Part shown: positions 1-9,956 of the stretch, one piece after another
Numbering within the stretch: the first letter of the stretch is position 1
Layout: every line of letters begins with the position of its first letter
From: Escherichia phage UPEC03
Reading direction: 5' to 3' (one strand)
Length of the DNA: 64,000 nt
Sequence record: MW250785
Notes under the pieces: model-generated
Told to the model about the DNA's origin: nothing
The model's input: the letters and a program-made list of their open reading frames with translations, nothing else
The model's database searches: none
Translations under genes and position numbers: made by a program

Positions 1-1218
1 AAGGATAAAGACGAGAAGAAATTCAGCAAGAAAGTATTGTCTTTGCTGGGTGCAATCAAGGATAATACATCCGGTCTTCTGGCTCGCTTTATCGGTTATT
101 CTCTCGAAGCGCTGGCGAAGTTTGCAAAATGGACTCTGATTATCGGTAGTATCGTATTTGCGATCGACGTACTGAGTAAGGTTGTTCAGAAGTGGTTCCA
201 GGATATTCTTGCAGAGGGTGAAGCCTCGAAAGATTTGTTTGGTTCATACTTCGGGAATATCAAAACCCTTGCTGAGAAAATCAACGAAGGTCTGCAAAAC
301 TTTGATATGAGTAATTTGGGCGAATCGCTGAAAAACTTGTTCCTTGAACCGTTTAAGGTTCTGGGCGATACCATCAAAACCGCAATCACGGAAGGTATCG
401 GTAATCTGATTTACGCTCTGGGTGAATATACCGGATCTGAAACAATTACCAACGCCGGACGCGGAATGAAAGTATCAGCACTGCGCGACAAACAAAAATA
501 CGGTCTTGAAATTGATCCCGATGACCTGATTCTGCTGAAACAGCAGGAGATCCAGGATCAGAATGATAAAGTGGTTGAGGCACGTTCTAAGGTTGTCGAA
601 CAGGTTAAGGCTACCCAGGGCGCATTCTCATATAGTTTCGGACAGCAAACAGACGCACAGAAAGCATTGTCTAAGCAATTGGAACAGATGCGCGATCGTG
701 TGGCTATTGAAGAAAAGATCACCGAAGAGAAGAAGAAAGAACTGAAAGCATTGCAGGAAAACCCCGCACTGTTACAGGCTGAGGTTGATAAAGAGAATAC
801 CGCTAATCGTAAGCGCGTGGACGAAACCAAACAGATCGAAGCCGCGCAAGCGAAAGCGAAACCTAAAGCGGATAATGAATTCGATCAGGGCGATGAAATC
901 CTGAACAAAGACAATCTGACGGGCAACGATAAAAAGGTAATGGAAAAACTCATAGAATCGCTTGAAGAGAAAAACAACTCCAAGAAACTTGACGAAGACG
1001 ATAGCGAACGATTCCGCTCAATGCTTGACCAGTGGCAGAACAAGATCGCCGCAGTACCGGAAAGCAGTGCAAGTATTGACAAGCAACCGGAAGCAGTGAA
1101 AGCCCCTGTTCAGCCTACAACGCCTAACAGCGTTCAGGTCAACAACAAAACAGTAAACAACACGGTTCAGCATTCAGTACAACGAACTGACCGTAAATCA
1201 TTGATTGCATTAGCTTAA
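1..1218 (+). CDS. Baseplate hub / tail-associated protein, T4 gp29-like, 5'-partial (continues upstream of window)
   Basis: Frame is open from nt 1 (listed start at 37 is only a TTG); K/E/Q-rich coiled-coil-like sequence; sits directly upstream of gp48- and gp54-like genes as in T4 order 29-48-54. Confidence 0.5.
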   Translation, partial: KDKDEKKFSKKVLSLLGAIKDNTSGLLARFIGYSLEALAKFAKWTLIIGSIVFAIDVLSKVVQKWFQDILAEGEASKDLFGSYFGNIKTLAEKINEGLQNFDMSNLGESLKNLFLEPFKVLGDTIKTAITEGIGNLIYALGEYTGSETITNAGRGMKVSALRDKQKYGLEIDPDDLILLKQQEIQDQNDKVVEARSKVVEQVKATQGAFSYSFGQQTDAQKALSKQLEQMRDRVAIEEKITEEKKKELKALQENPALLQAEVDKENTANRKRVDETKQIEAAQAKAKPKADNEFDQGDEILNKDNLTGNDKKVMEKLIESLEEKNNSKKLDEDDSERFRSMLDQWQNKIAAVPESSASIDKQPEAVKAPVQPTTPNSVQVNNKTVNNTVQHSVQRTDRKSLIALA

Positions 1219-1229
1219 AGGAAATTTAA

Positions 1230-2315
1230 ATGAAAATTACAGTATTGCAAGACACTGTACAATCATTTGCTGAAATCAAAAATGCTGGCATCCCCTCTGG
1301 GGGTGCTGCAACAACTAAAAACGCGTTGACTCAACCGATCGTAACAGCGGAATTTCCTTCCCAACGTGCAGCAGGTATTGATAACGCTTATAATGCATCA
1401 AGCCTGTATAATAACGGCTTGCTGTTCACAGCATATGATTTCACGGGTGGACTTGCACCAGGCAGTAAAGACAACTACCGCTCATTACGTCAGGCAGCAC
1501 AGAACGCGCAACAGATCCTTAGTGCCAACACTGGGAACGTTCGATACAAACAGGTTTTGAATACCCGTACTATGGGTACACTTAACCCCATTTGTCAAAT
1601 ACTTTTACCGCGAAGCCTGAACGATAACGAAGTGAACTCACACCGTTATCAGGATGCAACCGATAGTATTGTTGCTAAAGGTTTATCCCGTGCGGTATCA
1701 AACGTTATCTGGGGCGCTGTAGAATCCGTTTCTGGTGGTATTCTGGCAGACCGTAGGGAAGCAATCGACATCGGTACGAAAGCAGCGTTTCAAGGCTCTG
1801 ATAAGCGCACAAAGATGTATTACAATACATTCGTTATCGAAAGCCGTTATGACCTGCTGGAACTGATTAAAATCTATTACCTGTTCACGGTGCTGGGTTA
1901 TGGTACTACTTCTGGCGGTACTCCAGCAGAATTAGCCGGACTGGTTAAACAAGCGTATAATTCCAGCGCTTCGAAGGTTGCAAACGTTTTTGCACCATCA
2001 ACAAACCAGACGACAGCAAGCGATTTCAACGGCAGCATCGGGGATCAGATTGTTGACTTCGTATCGAACGTTGAAGTTATTAAATCGCCTCCTGTGTGGT
2101 TTATTCGTGACTTCCAGACAGGTGACAGTTTGCGGTTCCCTCATTCCACGTTCGGGCCAGCAGGTATTACCAGCGTTCGTTTCGGGCGTACAATGGACAA
2201 CATTGTAAATACGTTGAGAGAATCACCGAACACCCCGATCGCAGTTGAAATCGAAATTCAGTTTATGGAACTGATCGATATGCGTCAGGATTCGATTTTT
2301 GATACGCAGTATTAA
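1230..2315 (+). CDS. 48: Baseplate tail tube cap protein (T4 gp48-like)
   Basis: 361 aa (T4 gp48 is of similar size); ATG shortly after previous stop; synteny 29-48-54. Confidence 0.55.
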   Translation: MKITVLQDTVQSFAEIKNAGIPSGGAATTKNALTQPIVTAEFPSQRAAGIDNAYNASSLYNNGLLFTAYDFTGGLAPGSKDNYRSLRQAAQNAQQILSANTGNVRYKQVLNTRTMGTLNPICQILLPRSLNDNEVNSHRYQDATDSIVAKGLSRAVSNVIWGAVESVSGGILADRREAIDIGTKAAFQGSDKRTKMYYNTFVIESRYDLLELIKIYYLFTVLGYGTTSGGTPAELAGLVKQAYNSSASKVANVFAPSTNQTTASDFNGSIGDQIVDFVSNVEVIKSPPVWFIRDFQTGDSLRFPHSTFGPAGITSVRFGRTMDNIVNTLRESPNTPIAVEIEIQFMELIDMRQDSIFDTQY

Positions 2316-2324
2316 GGGGGAACA

Positions 2325-3188
2325 ATGTTCTATAGCGTAGATGAATTTTTGTCAGGAATGGCAAATAGAGACTTTCAGCGAAGCAACCTGTTTAGTGTTG
2401 TATTCGCAACCAGTCCTGCATCACGCATTCTCGACAGCACGATCGGGAGTATCCGCGATACTTTAATAGATGGTACTATGAGTTCCATTAACGCGAATAA
2501 CCCGAACGAGTTCATGAACGCTATTACAGGGGGCGTAAGCAAGCTATTCAGCTATACAGTTGATAAAGCTATTATGTCCCTGAACAAAACAGGTTTCAGT
2601 AAAATCATGGGGGCGTTAAGCCCTCGTTTAATTACTTCCCTGTTTGGTGATAGTGTTTACGGACAGATGCTAACAGAATTCCGTGACAAAATGATGTATA
2701 ATATGGGGTTGAGCATCGTTGGTGTTCAGTTGCCTGGCAAAACGCTGGGTTATGAATACGTGTATAATGGCGGTGTACCCCAGATCCGATTCACCCGACC
2801 GGAGAATGGAGAATTATCACTAACGTTCCGTGTGGATTCAGAAGCGCGTAACCTGAAAGTATTCAACGAATGGTTATCGGCTATTCGCGATGATATTACA
2901 GGCCAGTTCGCATTCATTGATGAAGTATCAAGCGCGATCCAGGTAAACTTACACAATCGCGATGGTGTCCCGCACAGCACGTATGTATTCCAGAAGTGTT
3001 TGCCTGTTAAAGTCAGCAACCCAGAACTGAGTTATGAAAGCAATAACGAAATCTGGACATTCACTGTTGACTTTGCATATAAAACAGGCTGGCTTGTCGA
3101 AGCAGATAAAGAAGGTTGGGACGGATTCAAACAATCACTTATCGAAGGGGCAGCAATTGCCGTTCGTGGTGTGGTTACAGGACAATAA
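2325..3188 (+). CDS. 54: Baseplate tail tube initiator (T4 gp54-like)
   Basis: 287 aa, tightly coupled downstream of gp48-like gene; assignment by synteny and size only. Confidence 0.5.
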   Translation: MFYSVDEFLSGMANRDFQRSNLFSVVFATSPASRILDSTIGSIRDTLIDGTMSSINANNPNEFMNAITGGVSKLFSYTVDKAIMSLNKTGFSKIMGALSPRLITSLFGDSVYGQMLTEFRDKMMYNMGLSIVGVQLPGKTLGYEYVYNGGVPQIRFTRPENGELSLTFRVDSEARNLKVFNEWLSAIRDDITGQFAFIDEVSSAIQVNLHNRDGVPHSTYVFQKCLPVKVSNPELSYESNNEIWTFTVDFAYKTGWLVEADKEGWDGFKQSLIEGAAIAVRGVVTGQ

Positions 3189-3206
3189 GGGGCGAAAGCC
3201 CCTTTT
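3187..3206 (+). terminator. GC-rich hairpin with GAAA loop and short T-run, directly followed by SD GAGG
   Basis: AAGGGGC-GAAA-GCCCCTTTT; the identical ~25-nt element recurs at 61439-61463 upstream of gp13. Confidence 0.4.
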
Positions 3207-3215
3207 GAGGTTAAA

Positions 3216-3959
3216 ATGATTGACATAATCCGCGTAAAACTCCCAGGTGGAGTGAAGCGATTCCCTATGTTTACCGTGCGCGATCAATTGAGTTTCTTAC
3301 TCACAAGCGCGGACATGGAAGGGAAGACGCTCACAGAACAGCAAGAAATGCTGGATGAAATTTTAGATATTCTGTATCCGGGTTATTCCCGCACCGAACA
3401 GGAAAACATTTTCACTAAGGTGTATTGTGTATCGTTCGGTAAGAACGCAATCAAGATCCGAATCAAAGGCAGCAGCGGACAATCAGAAGCATTCATGCAT
3501 GTAACTGATTACGTTTTGCAAAATGAATATGCCCTTGATGATTCGCTTACTCTGGGATTCAAATTCCCGAAACATCGTAACAACAGTGAACAATTATTCC
3601 TTGAATGTATCCAGTATGTCAAGCAGGACGGCGAAAGATACGAATGGAATGCATTAGACGAGGATACAAAGAACGCGATCCTGGATCTGGTGTCTATTGA
3701 AGATATGGAAAATATCGTTAAACTGTTACGCAAGTCCTGTCATGTTACCGTGCGTGATATTGAGTTCAGCGACTTATTGACACTGTACAAAATCCTGTTC
3801 AACAAATCAGAACTGAATGAGTTCTTCAAAACCAACTATTTGTTAAATAAGAATACCGTACAGATTGAACCTATAATGAATGGAAGCCCGATGGAACGTT
3901 CAATTTACGTTGCATTGCTGGCAGAAGACTTGAAACGAAAAGAGAATGCAAATGCGTAA
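3216..3959 (+). CDS. Putative baseplate hub assembly protein (T4 gp51-like by size and position)
   Basis: 247 aa; ATG at 3216 preceded by GAGG; lies between gp54-like and gp25; no motif recognised, synteny and size only. Confidence 0.35.
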   Translation: MIDIIRVKLPGGVKRFPMFTVRDQLSFLLTSADMEGKTLTEQQEMLDEILDILYPGYSRTEQENIFTKVYCVSFGKNAIKIRIKGSSGQSEAFMHVTDYVLQNEYALDDSLTLGFKFPKHRNNSEQLFLECIQYVKQDGERYEWNALDEDTKNAILDLVSIEDMENIVKLLRKSCHVTVRDIEFSDLLTLYKILFNKSELNEFFKTNYLLNKNTVQIEPIMNGSPMERSIYVALLAEDLKRKENANA

Positions 3960-4509
3960 ACATACCCCCCGACATATCCCAAAATATAATGTGACTTATC
4001 GCCCGTTAACCATTGGCGATCTTGATGATACGGATAACTTCATCATTGAAGGTGATGTGTTCAGGCATCAGCGCGATTATGTTTACATTATGGCTCTGTT
4101 CGACAGTATCAACAAAGAGACTGTAGATCTCCAAATCAAATGCCCTGAATGCGGGGAACTGATTAAGTTTGTGCTCAACCGTCATCATATCATGGTGGAT
4201 GAATACGAAGAAAAGCTGTATGGCAATGAGATCAAGATTTCAGTTGAACCACGTCGCACCGGAAAGGAAGAGTTACCCGAACTGATTAAGTTTGTTGTCA
4301 TCGACGGTGAACAAATCTTATGGGATGACTGTAAAGAGTCAGAGAAAGAAGCCGTTCTGGATAGTATCGACTATCCGGTCTTTAAATCAATAAATAGCGC
4401 CCTGGATAAGCCAGCAATCGTTGCAAACATTCCGGTAAGGTGTTCGTGTGGCTACGAGCATATCGTTGCACTGAGAGGCTTAGAGGCGTTTCTAAAGGTG
4501 GTTGGATAA
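3946..4509 (+). CDS. Putative baseplate hub subunit (T4 gp26-like by size and position); Cys-rich
   Basis: 187 aa, overlaps upstream gene by 14 nt and gp25 start region; CPECG...CSCG cysteine pairs; assignment by synteny only. Confidence 0.35.
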   Translation: MQMRKHTPRHIPKYNVTYRPLTIGDLDDTDNFIIEGDVFRHQRDYVYIMALFDSINKETVDLQIKCPECGELIKFVLNRHHIMVDEYEEKLYGNEIKISVEPRRTGKEELPELIKFVVIDGEQILWDDCKESEKEAVLDSIDYPVFKSINSALDKPAIVANIPVRCSCGYEHIVALRGLEAFLKVVG

Positions 4510-4510
4510 A

Positions 4511-4903
4511 ATGGGTGTTAACCTTCGCTTACTGTATAGCGATATCGATCCCAACTTAACAAAAGACTGGAACAATGACGTAACCGCCTCGAAAGGGGCG
4601 GCAGCGGTAAAGAATAGTCTGATCGGTATCGTAACAACACAAAAAGGCACACGGCCTTTCGATAGCAACTTTGGTTGTGAGATCGGGGAACAGATTTTCG
4701 AGAACATGAACCCGCTAACAGCGGAAGCAGTAAGGACTTCGATTGTCTCCGCGATCCGCACATACGAACCCCGTGTTTACAATCTGGATGTTGAAGTGAT
4801 TCCGCAGTATGACGAAAACGCAATCACCGTGACGATTTACTACAGCATCATTGATGAACCGGAAGAAGTAGAAAGAATCAAACTCCAGCTATCATCCTCA
4901 TAA
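4511..4903 (+). CDS. 25: Baseplate wedge subunit gp25 (GPW/gp25 family)
   Basis: 130 aa from ATG at 4511 (SD AGGTGG upstream; the listed 4502 start is TTG); size and sequence character typical of T4 gp25. Confidence 0.75.
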   Translation: MGVNLRLLYSDIDPNLTKDWNNDVTASKGAAAVKNSLIGIVTTQKGTRPFDSNFGCEIGEQIFENMNPLTAEAVRTSIVSAIRTYEPRVYNLDVEVIPQYDENAITVTIYYSIIDEPEEVERIKLQLSSS

Positions 4904-4905
4904 CA

Positions 4906-4930
4906 AAAAGCCCCTTTCGGGGCTTTTCTT
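4906..4930. terminator. Bidirectional intrinsic terminator between convergent gp25 (+) and minus-strand block
   Basis: AAAAGCCCC-TTTC-GGGGCTTTTCTT; A-run before and T-run after the stem. Confidence 0.55.
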
Positions 4931-5426
4931 ATTCCATCACGATCCAGCCCATTAGCTGTTGATATCGCAATTCGAACGGGGTGATGAAAGAGCGGTTATT
5001 GATAACCTTCGTCCCGTTGTAGGACTTAATCACTTCTTCACCACGAAGTACATATTCGTATACTTCGTCCATAGTGTCGTAACGCACTTCTTCGACTTCG
5101 AAGCAGAAGTTGGAATATTCAATCATCCCGATCTTGTTCGCGTAACGACGTTCGATACAACCCTGTTTTTCAATCTGAGTAATCGCAGTATCAATGAACT
5201 GCGCAAGTGCTTGCATGAAATTACCACATTCGACTTCACGGCCCCCGCTTGAGATAGCCAGGTAAACGCGGTTCAATCCATCATTACCGATGTAGCCGAT
5301 GCAATCGCCACCGATATTAACAGCCCACACTTTACCCATTGGCCCCATACCCATTCTGTTCTCACTACGAGAAACACCTTTCAGTAACAGTGCCATGATA
5401 CCGCCGCGAACGTAATTCATTTTCAT
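4929..5426 (-). CDS. Hypothetical protein (165 aa)
   Basis: ORF with ATG start, last gene of the minus-strand block; Gly-rich motifs but no family recognised. Confidence 0.5.
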   Translation of the reverse strand: MKMNYVRGGIMALLLKGVSRSENRMGMGPMGKVWAVNIGGDCIGYIGNDGLNRVYLAISSGGREVECGNFMQALAQFIDTAITQIEKQGCIERRYANKIGMIEYSNFCFEVEEVRYDTMDEVYEYVLRGEEVIKSYNGTKVINNRSFITPFELRYQQLMGWIVME

Positions 5427-5436
5427 GATAAGCCCC

Positions 5437-5667
5437 TTATTTTTTCAGGTTGATTAACCAAGATGGTTGGGTTTCTAAACTAACCGCTTTCCAAGCATAT
5501 GCAACACTATAACCGGAATACGTCTGACATACAACAGCATTTTCATTTAAATATTTCACTTTGTGATTTGCCTCTTGTTCATCCAGGGCAGCACACACGA
5601 TATTCTTTTCATACACCCCGCCGTTTGGCTGGATAATGGTTTCTTCAATCAGATAAACGCTGTTCAT
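5437..5667 (-). CDS. Hypothetical protein (76 aa)
   Basis: ORF coupled (4-nt overlap) to upstream gene. Confidence 0.45.
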   Translation of the reverse strand: MNSVYLIEETIIQPNGGVYEKNIVCAALDEQEANHKVKYLNENAVVCQTYSGYSVAYAWKAVSLETQPSWLINLKK

Positions 5668-5879
5668 GCTAATTCCTTCTCGATTGCTTCGATGATGTGG
5701 AGAACGTAACCGTTCAGTTCTTTTGCTTTATCAGCGGCTTCAACCATACCGTAACGAGGAACTTCTAAAACGTTCGCACCTTCGAGCAGGTTGCTTTCGA
5801 TGTCTACGATTACGTAGCTCTCACCGATTACTGCGCCTTTTCTCCAGTCTTTTACGAACTTCATCATTTTAGCTTTCAT
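5664..5879 (-). CDS. Hypothetical protein (71 aa)
   Basis: Listed ORF starts with GTG inside the upstream hairpin; ATG at 5879 with AAGGA SD is the likely start. Confidence 0.5.
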   Translation of the reverse strand: MKAKMMKFVKDWRKGAVIGESYVIVDIESNLLEGANVLEVPRYGMVEAADKAKELNGYVLHIIEAIEKELA

Positions 5880-5958
5880 GTTCTCGTTCCTTTTGGCTGT
5901 TCCGTTTCGATATGTGTAATATAACAAAGCCCTCACCGAGAGGCAAGGGCTTTTTTGA
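5880..5958 (-). promoter_or_regulatory. Terminator-promoter-leader module (copy 1 of 6)
   Basis: Minus strand reads AAAAAAGCCC-TTGCCT-N17-TATATTA-CACATATCGAAAC: hairpin with embedded -35-like TTGCNN, extended -10-like TGTTATATT, conserved leader. Confidence 0.45.
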
Positions 5959-5959
5959 T

Positions 5960-6250
5960 TTAATGCATAAAAGATTTGACGTACTTCACGATTTCTTCAC
6001 GACACATATCGACCGGAGTATCCTCTGCAATAGCAGCATGACAGAAGATTTCACCATCCAGCCAGAACGATAGCATGTACTGAATATCCCGACCTTCGTT
6101 TTCTTTCTGGTGTTTCTTGATGCGATCAAATGCATCATCCATACTTTCGGTAGCTGTAAGCATTTCAGATTCACCCGCTACAGCAGCCATTTCCCCAGCT
6201 TCATCACTGAATTCGCTTTCCAGTTCTTCCCAGTATACTATCGTTATCAT
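5960..6250 (-). CDS. Hypothetical acidic protein (96 aa)
   Basis: ATG start; E/D-rich. Confidence 0.5.
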   Translation of the reverse strand: MITIVYWEELESEFSDEAGEMAAVAGESEMLTATESMDDAFDRIKKHQKENEGRDIQYMLSFWLDGEIFCHAAIAEDTPVDMCREEIVKYVKSFMH

Positions 6251-6383
6251 GGATTACCCCAAACAGATTTTACATTTACAGAGAGGACATTCCGCCTCTT
6301 TAACGCGCAAGCGCTTTGTTGCTGTTCGCTTCGCTGTGTTGTGATCATACACATGCAAACAGCGATAACAGATCACCAATCGT

Positions 6384-6857
6384 TTAGCCGTCATAACCAC
6401 CACCGCAACGAACATCACCTTCAATGAACAGTTCGCGGTTATCTCTCAGGAGATTGTATTTCTTTTCGAGTTCCGGCCCGAATGCGTCCGCGTCGTCATA
6501 CCAGTCATAGTTATAACTTCCGGTTTCCTCGTCGTATTCCGGTTCGTCGCCGCACTCATTGAAGTGAACGATTTTAACATCATCCAGATTCAGTTCTTTC
6601 AGCTTGTCCCAGATGCGGGTTATTTCGACGCTATTACATCCGAACGCTTCCAGTGTGATTGTACCGTCATCATGTACTTGAGGAACACCCCAGCGCGGAC
6701 GATGATGAATTTCGGTGATCATATCCATCAGCGATTCAACGTTTGACTCACCGTAAATCTTTGCAACTTCCTGTTCTTTACCAGGGCGGACAAGTCCTAT
6801 CCCGATAATGAAACTACTGCTTGAGCTATTGCTCACGAACCCAGAACGGATCTTCAT
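6384..6857 (-). CDS. Hypothetical protein, conserved-N-terminus family (MKIRSGFVSNSSSSSFI...), acidic/aromatic C-terminus
   Basis: N-terminal 17 aa identical to ORF 10292-10804 with only synonymous codon differences; C-terminus D/E/Y/W-rich. Confidence 0.55.
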   Translation of the reverse strand: MKIRSGFVSNSSSSSFIIGIGLVRPGKEQEVAKIYGESNVESLMDMITEIHHRPRWGVPQVHDDGTITLEAFGCNSVEITRIWDKLKELNLDDVKIVHFNECGDEPEYDEETGSYNYDWYDDADAFGPELEKKYNLLRDNRELFIEGDVRCGGGYDG

Positions 6858-7045
6858 CGCCTTGCCTCGTATTTCGCGTTATCTGCGATTTTCTCATGAT
6901 ACAGGTTGTATGACAACACCAGCGGGATACAAGCTACTATAAGCCCGATGATAGCCAGTTGATATTCGCGTTTATCGAACGCCATGAATGTAATCGTAGC
7001 GCCCAGAATAAACACACCTAACGCAATGATGAAGAATAATGTCAT
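6854..7045 (-). CDS. Small membrane protein (two predicted TM helices)
   Basis: 63 aa, two hydrophobic stretches; 4-nt overlaps with both neighbours. Confidence 0.45.
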   Translation of the reverse strand: MTLFFIIALGVFILGATITFMAFDKREYQLAIIGLIVACIPLVLSYNLYHEKIADNAKYEARR

Positions 7046-7668
7046 TTTGGCAGGGTATCCATTTCACGAGATTTTGCTTTCAGGATGTCAATCACAGTAG
7101 TCATCGCCTGTTCTACATCACCATCATAGTGAACCAGGAATGTTTTGTGAAGTCCCATGATCAGACGATTGATGATATAAGCCATTTCTGACGGTAACAG
7201 TTTACCATTCTGGCGATCGTACTTTCCAAACAAGCGGTAGAGTTCTGCGCTGTTGCCTGGCTTCTCAATGCTGAAATTATGCATCCCAGACAGAATACCA
7301 TCCAGATACAGAACAGTTTTGTTATCACTACGCAGGTGTCCGCCGACCTTGTAGTAGTTGCTGAATACATACGGTTTTTCGCGGATATCTTCGATATCGA
7401 AATCACCATGATCTTCGATGTTGCCAACATGGGCGAAGAAATGATGATCTTCCAGTTCGAGAAGGATTGCACCCTTTTTGTATGGGAATCCGACTAAATC
7501 GATCTGCCAGCCATTTTCACCGACAAAGACATCATCGACAACCACGAAATCCGGCAGCATAGGCGCGTATGCGTGGTTCTTTTCGTTGTTTTCACGATAG
7601 GCTTGTGGTTCGGACAGATACAGGATATCGCCTTTTACAACTTCACCCCAGAATACGTTACGTGACAT
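7042..7668 (-). CDS. Hypothetical protein (208 aa)
   Basis: ATG at 7668 preceded by GAGGA; the listed start at 7707 lies within the upstream terminator hairpin. Confidence 0.5.
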   Translation of the reverse strand: MSRNVFWGEVVKGDILYLSEPQAYRENNEKNHAYAPMLPDFVVVDDVFVGENGWQIDLVGFPYKKGAILLELEDHHFFAHVGNIEDHGDFDIEDIREKPYVFSNYYKVGGHLRSDNKTVLYLDGILSGMHNFSIEKPGNSAELYRLFGKYDRQNGKLLPSEMAYIINRLIMGLHKTFLVHYDGDVEQAMTTVIDILKAKSREMDTLPK

Positions 7669-7709
7669 ATTATTTTCCTCAATATGCCCCCTTTCGGGGG
7701 CGGTCATTG

Positions 7710-9956
7710 TTAGATTTTGACTTCTTTTTCTTCCAGGACGATTTCACATTCGAATGATGTGGTTTCCCAGACTTTCCAGAAATCGGATGGAATATTATCT
7801 TCTTTCGGAAGAATATCTTTTGCAGCGATAGAAACTTTGGTTTCTTCGAAGTCCAGATCCGCGAACCATGCATGGGCTACTACAACACCGTACATTACGC
7901 GACTTAAACGGGCATTCAGTTTACGGACTTCCTGAATCGTTGCCTTTGTCTGCTTATCAAGATACTCGACTACCTGATCTTTGTCAAGCGCATCCAGTTC
8001 AGATTTCACCTGATCGTAAGCCCACAGGATAATCAGGTCGCCGTTGTTCAGTTTCTTCTTACCTTCGTCACGTTTCGCGACGGTAGCCGCTACAGCAGGA
8101 AGGGAGGAAACACCCTTGACTTTCACGTTCAGTTCTTTCGACATGTAAACATCAGTCGATTCTGTGCGCTCAACCTTCGGAGAGAACCCGTAATCACGAA
8201 TATCCTGTTCAGACAGCCATTCACCCGCTGCATCACCAAAGCGCTGTTTCAGCCCTTCTGCGTTGCGCAGTCCGATCGCGTTGTCACGGAAGAACTTCAT
8301 AACCTTCTGACGGCCTTTCAGGATTTCCAGACGCACGTTATCAGTCACGAACTCTTTACCGCTTAACCCGCGAGTCATGCCACGGTTAACCAGAGGCAGA
8401 GAGGTAAAGTCTACCAGTACCGACATACGGTCATCACCGATTTTTTCCAGCGGCTTGATAGTCAGGCCAGAAGCGCGAAGGTTTTTCAGTGTCGGAATAT
8501 CAGTTTCCAGCGGCAGAACTTTCACGTTCACGATACCATCTTTAACGATGGTGAAGTTACGCACCTGCTTAGTTTCGATTTTTTCCGGCAGACCGAATTC
8601 TTTCTGTTTGCTTTCTGGGATAGTCACATACCCTTCCAGATCCGTGTTGATGGAAATGTTAGGACGGGAACTGTTACCCACCAGATGTTTAACCGATACT
8701 TTGGTTGTGGTCTGGGTAAATTTCGGTGTCCAGACTTCATGCGCTACCATTTGCGCCGCCAGTGCTTTACGTTCTTCTGGGATTGCAGCGTTTGCGATCT
8801 GTTCGGTCAGTTGATCCAGTGTATCATCTTCTTTCTGTACAGTCTGACGGCCTGTGCGGTTATACGCCCAGTGCTCAGAAGACAGGTCGATCACTGTGTC
8901 AGTTTGTGCCAGCAGTTCGAGCGCATCAACCAGAGTGAACGCGTTTTCGTCTGGAACCATGTTGTAATCAATACCATCAACGAAACGCTGTGATGGATCT
9001 ACAACAGCCTGTGCAATCAGGTCTTTCGCGTTGGAGTAGTCCTGTTTGGTAAAGCAGTTGTCATACGCCTTGATCAGACGGACATCACCCAGCTTTTGAA
9101 GCACTTTCCATGCCAGATCAGGGTTCATTGTGTGCAGTGCATGATAAAGCACGACATACAGAACTTGCTGTTCGCTGGCGATGTTCGGATCGAATCCGTC
9201 AACATCATTAATCGCGTTTTCACCCAGCGCCCAGATGTTTTTGATGTGTTCTGGAACTAGCACAACACCGTTTGCAGCGTTCAGGACATACACGCACCCT
9301 TCGTCCAGGTAGATCGCATGGGTAGCATCAGCAACTTTGACTTCGATACGCGCGGAAGTCTGCGCGGTGATGATTTCGTTAAATGCTGGTTCGTATGCGT
9401 CGAAACCTTCAACGAATTTGTGCAATGCGTTGGTTGCTTCTGCCATTTTTTCCAGCAGAGGACGGTTTACATAATAACCGTATTCCAGGAACGCGATACT
9501 GTTGAAAGTCAGTGGCAGAACCGCACACGCTTTCAGAATATCATCGGTACGCCAGCAGTTATCATAACCATCAGTCAGGAAGATCAGGCTGTTCAGGTTG
9601 CCGTTTTCAGATTGCAGATCGGTAGCGATTTCCGCAGCCAGATTCAACGGCTCAACAAAGCCAGTACAACCCGTAGGTTTCAGGTAACGGTCGATAGCCG
9701 CGCAGATGTTAGACAGGTCAGAGACATTGCTAACCTTCTCACCACGGAACACCGTGCCGTAATCGCCTTTGCTGGAGAAGTACAGGATCGAAACGGTGTC
9801 ATCCTGTTTAACCAGACTCGCCAGATTTGCTTTCAGGTGTTTACGGATCTTAGGCAGTTCGTTGTACATTGAACCGGATACGTCACACACGAAAACGTGG
9901 TTTGTCGGGGTTGGCTTCGATACAGCGTTTTTGAATTCGATATTTGTGATTGACAT
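7710..9956 (-). CDS. von Willebrand factor A (vWA) domain protein, 748 aa (CobT-like?)
   Basis: N-terminal MIDAS-like motif VFVCDVSGSM (DxSxS) and downstream FLTDGYDN; ATG start; followed by GC hairpin at about 7685-7705. Confidence 0.7.
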   Translation of the reverse strand: MSITNIEFKNAVSKPTPTNHVFVCDVSGSMYNELPKIRKHLKANLASLVKQDDTVSILYFSSKGDYGTVFRGEKVSNVSDLSNICAAIDRYLKPTGCTGFVEPLNLAAEIATDLQSENGNLNSLIFLTDGYDNCWRTDDILKACAVLPLTFNSIAFLEYGYYVNRPLLEKMAEATNALHKFVEGFDAYEPAFNEIITAQTSARIEVKVADATHAIYLDEGCVYVLNAANGVVLVPEHIKNIWALGENAINDVDGFDPNIASEQQVLYVVLYHALHTMNPDLAWKVLQKLGDVRLIKAYDNCFTKQDYSNAKDLIAQAVVDPSQRFVDGIDYNMVPDENAFTLVDALELLAQTDTVIDLSSEHWAYNRTGRQTVQKEDDTLDQLTEQIANAAIPEERKALAAQMVAHEVWTPKFTQTTTKVSVKHLVGNSSRPNISINTDLEGYVTIPESKQKEFGLPEKIETKQVRNFTIVKDGIVNVKVLPLETDIPTLKNLRASGLTIKPLEKIGDDRMSVLVDFTSLPLVNRGMTRGLSGKEFVTDNVRLEILKGRQKVMKFFRDNAIGLRNAEGLKQRFGDAAGEWLSEQDIRDYGFSPKVERTESTDVYMSKELNVKVKGVSSLPAVAATVAKRDEGKKKLNNGDLIILWAYDQVKSELDALDKDQVVEYLDKQTKATIQEVRKLNARLSRVMYGVVVAHAWFADLDFEETKVSIAAKDILPKEDNIPSDFWKVWETTSFECEIVLEEKEVKI

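Noticed and set aside
37-1218. Complete gene starting at position 37
   Set aside because: The listed start is a TTG and the frame is open to nt 1, so the gene is 5'-truncated by the window edge
7710-9956. Firm identification of the vWA protein as cobaltochelatase CobT
   Set aside because: Only the MIDAS motif is recognisable and no CobS-like AAA+ gene is in the window; left as vWA-domain protein
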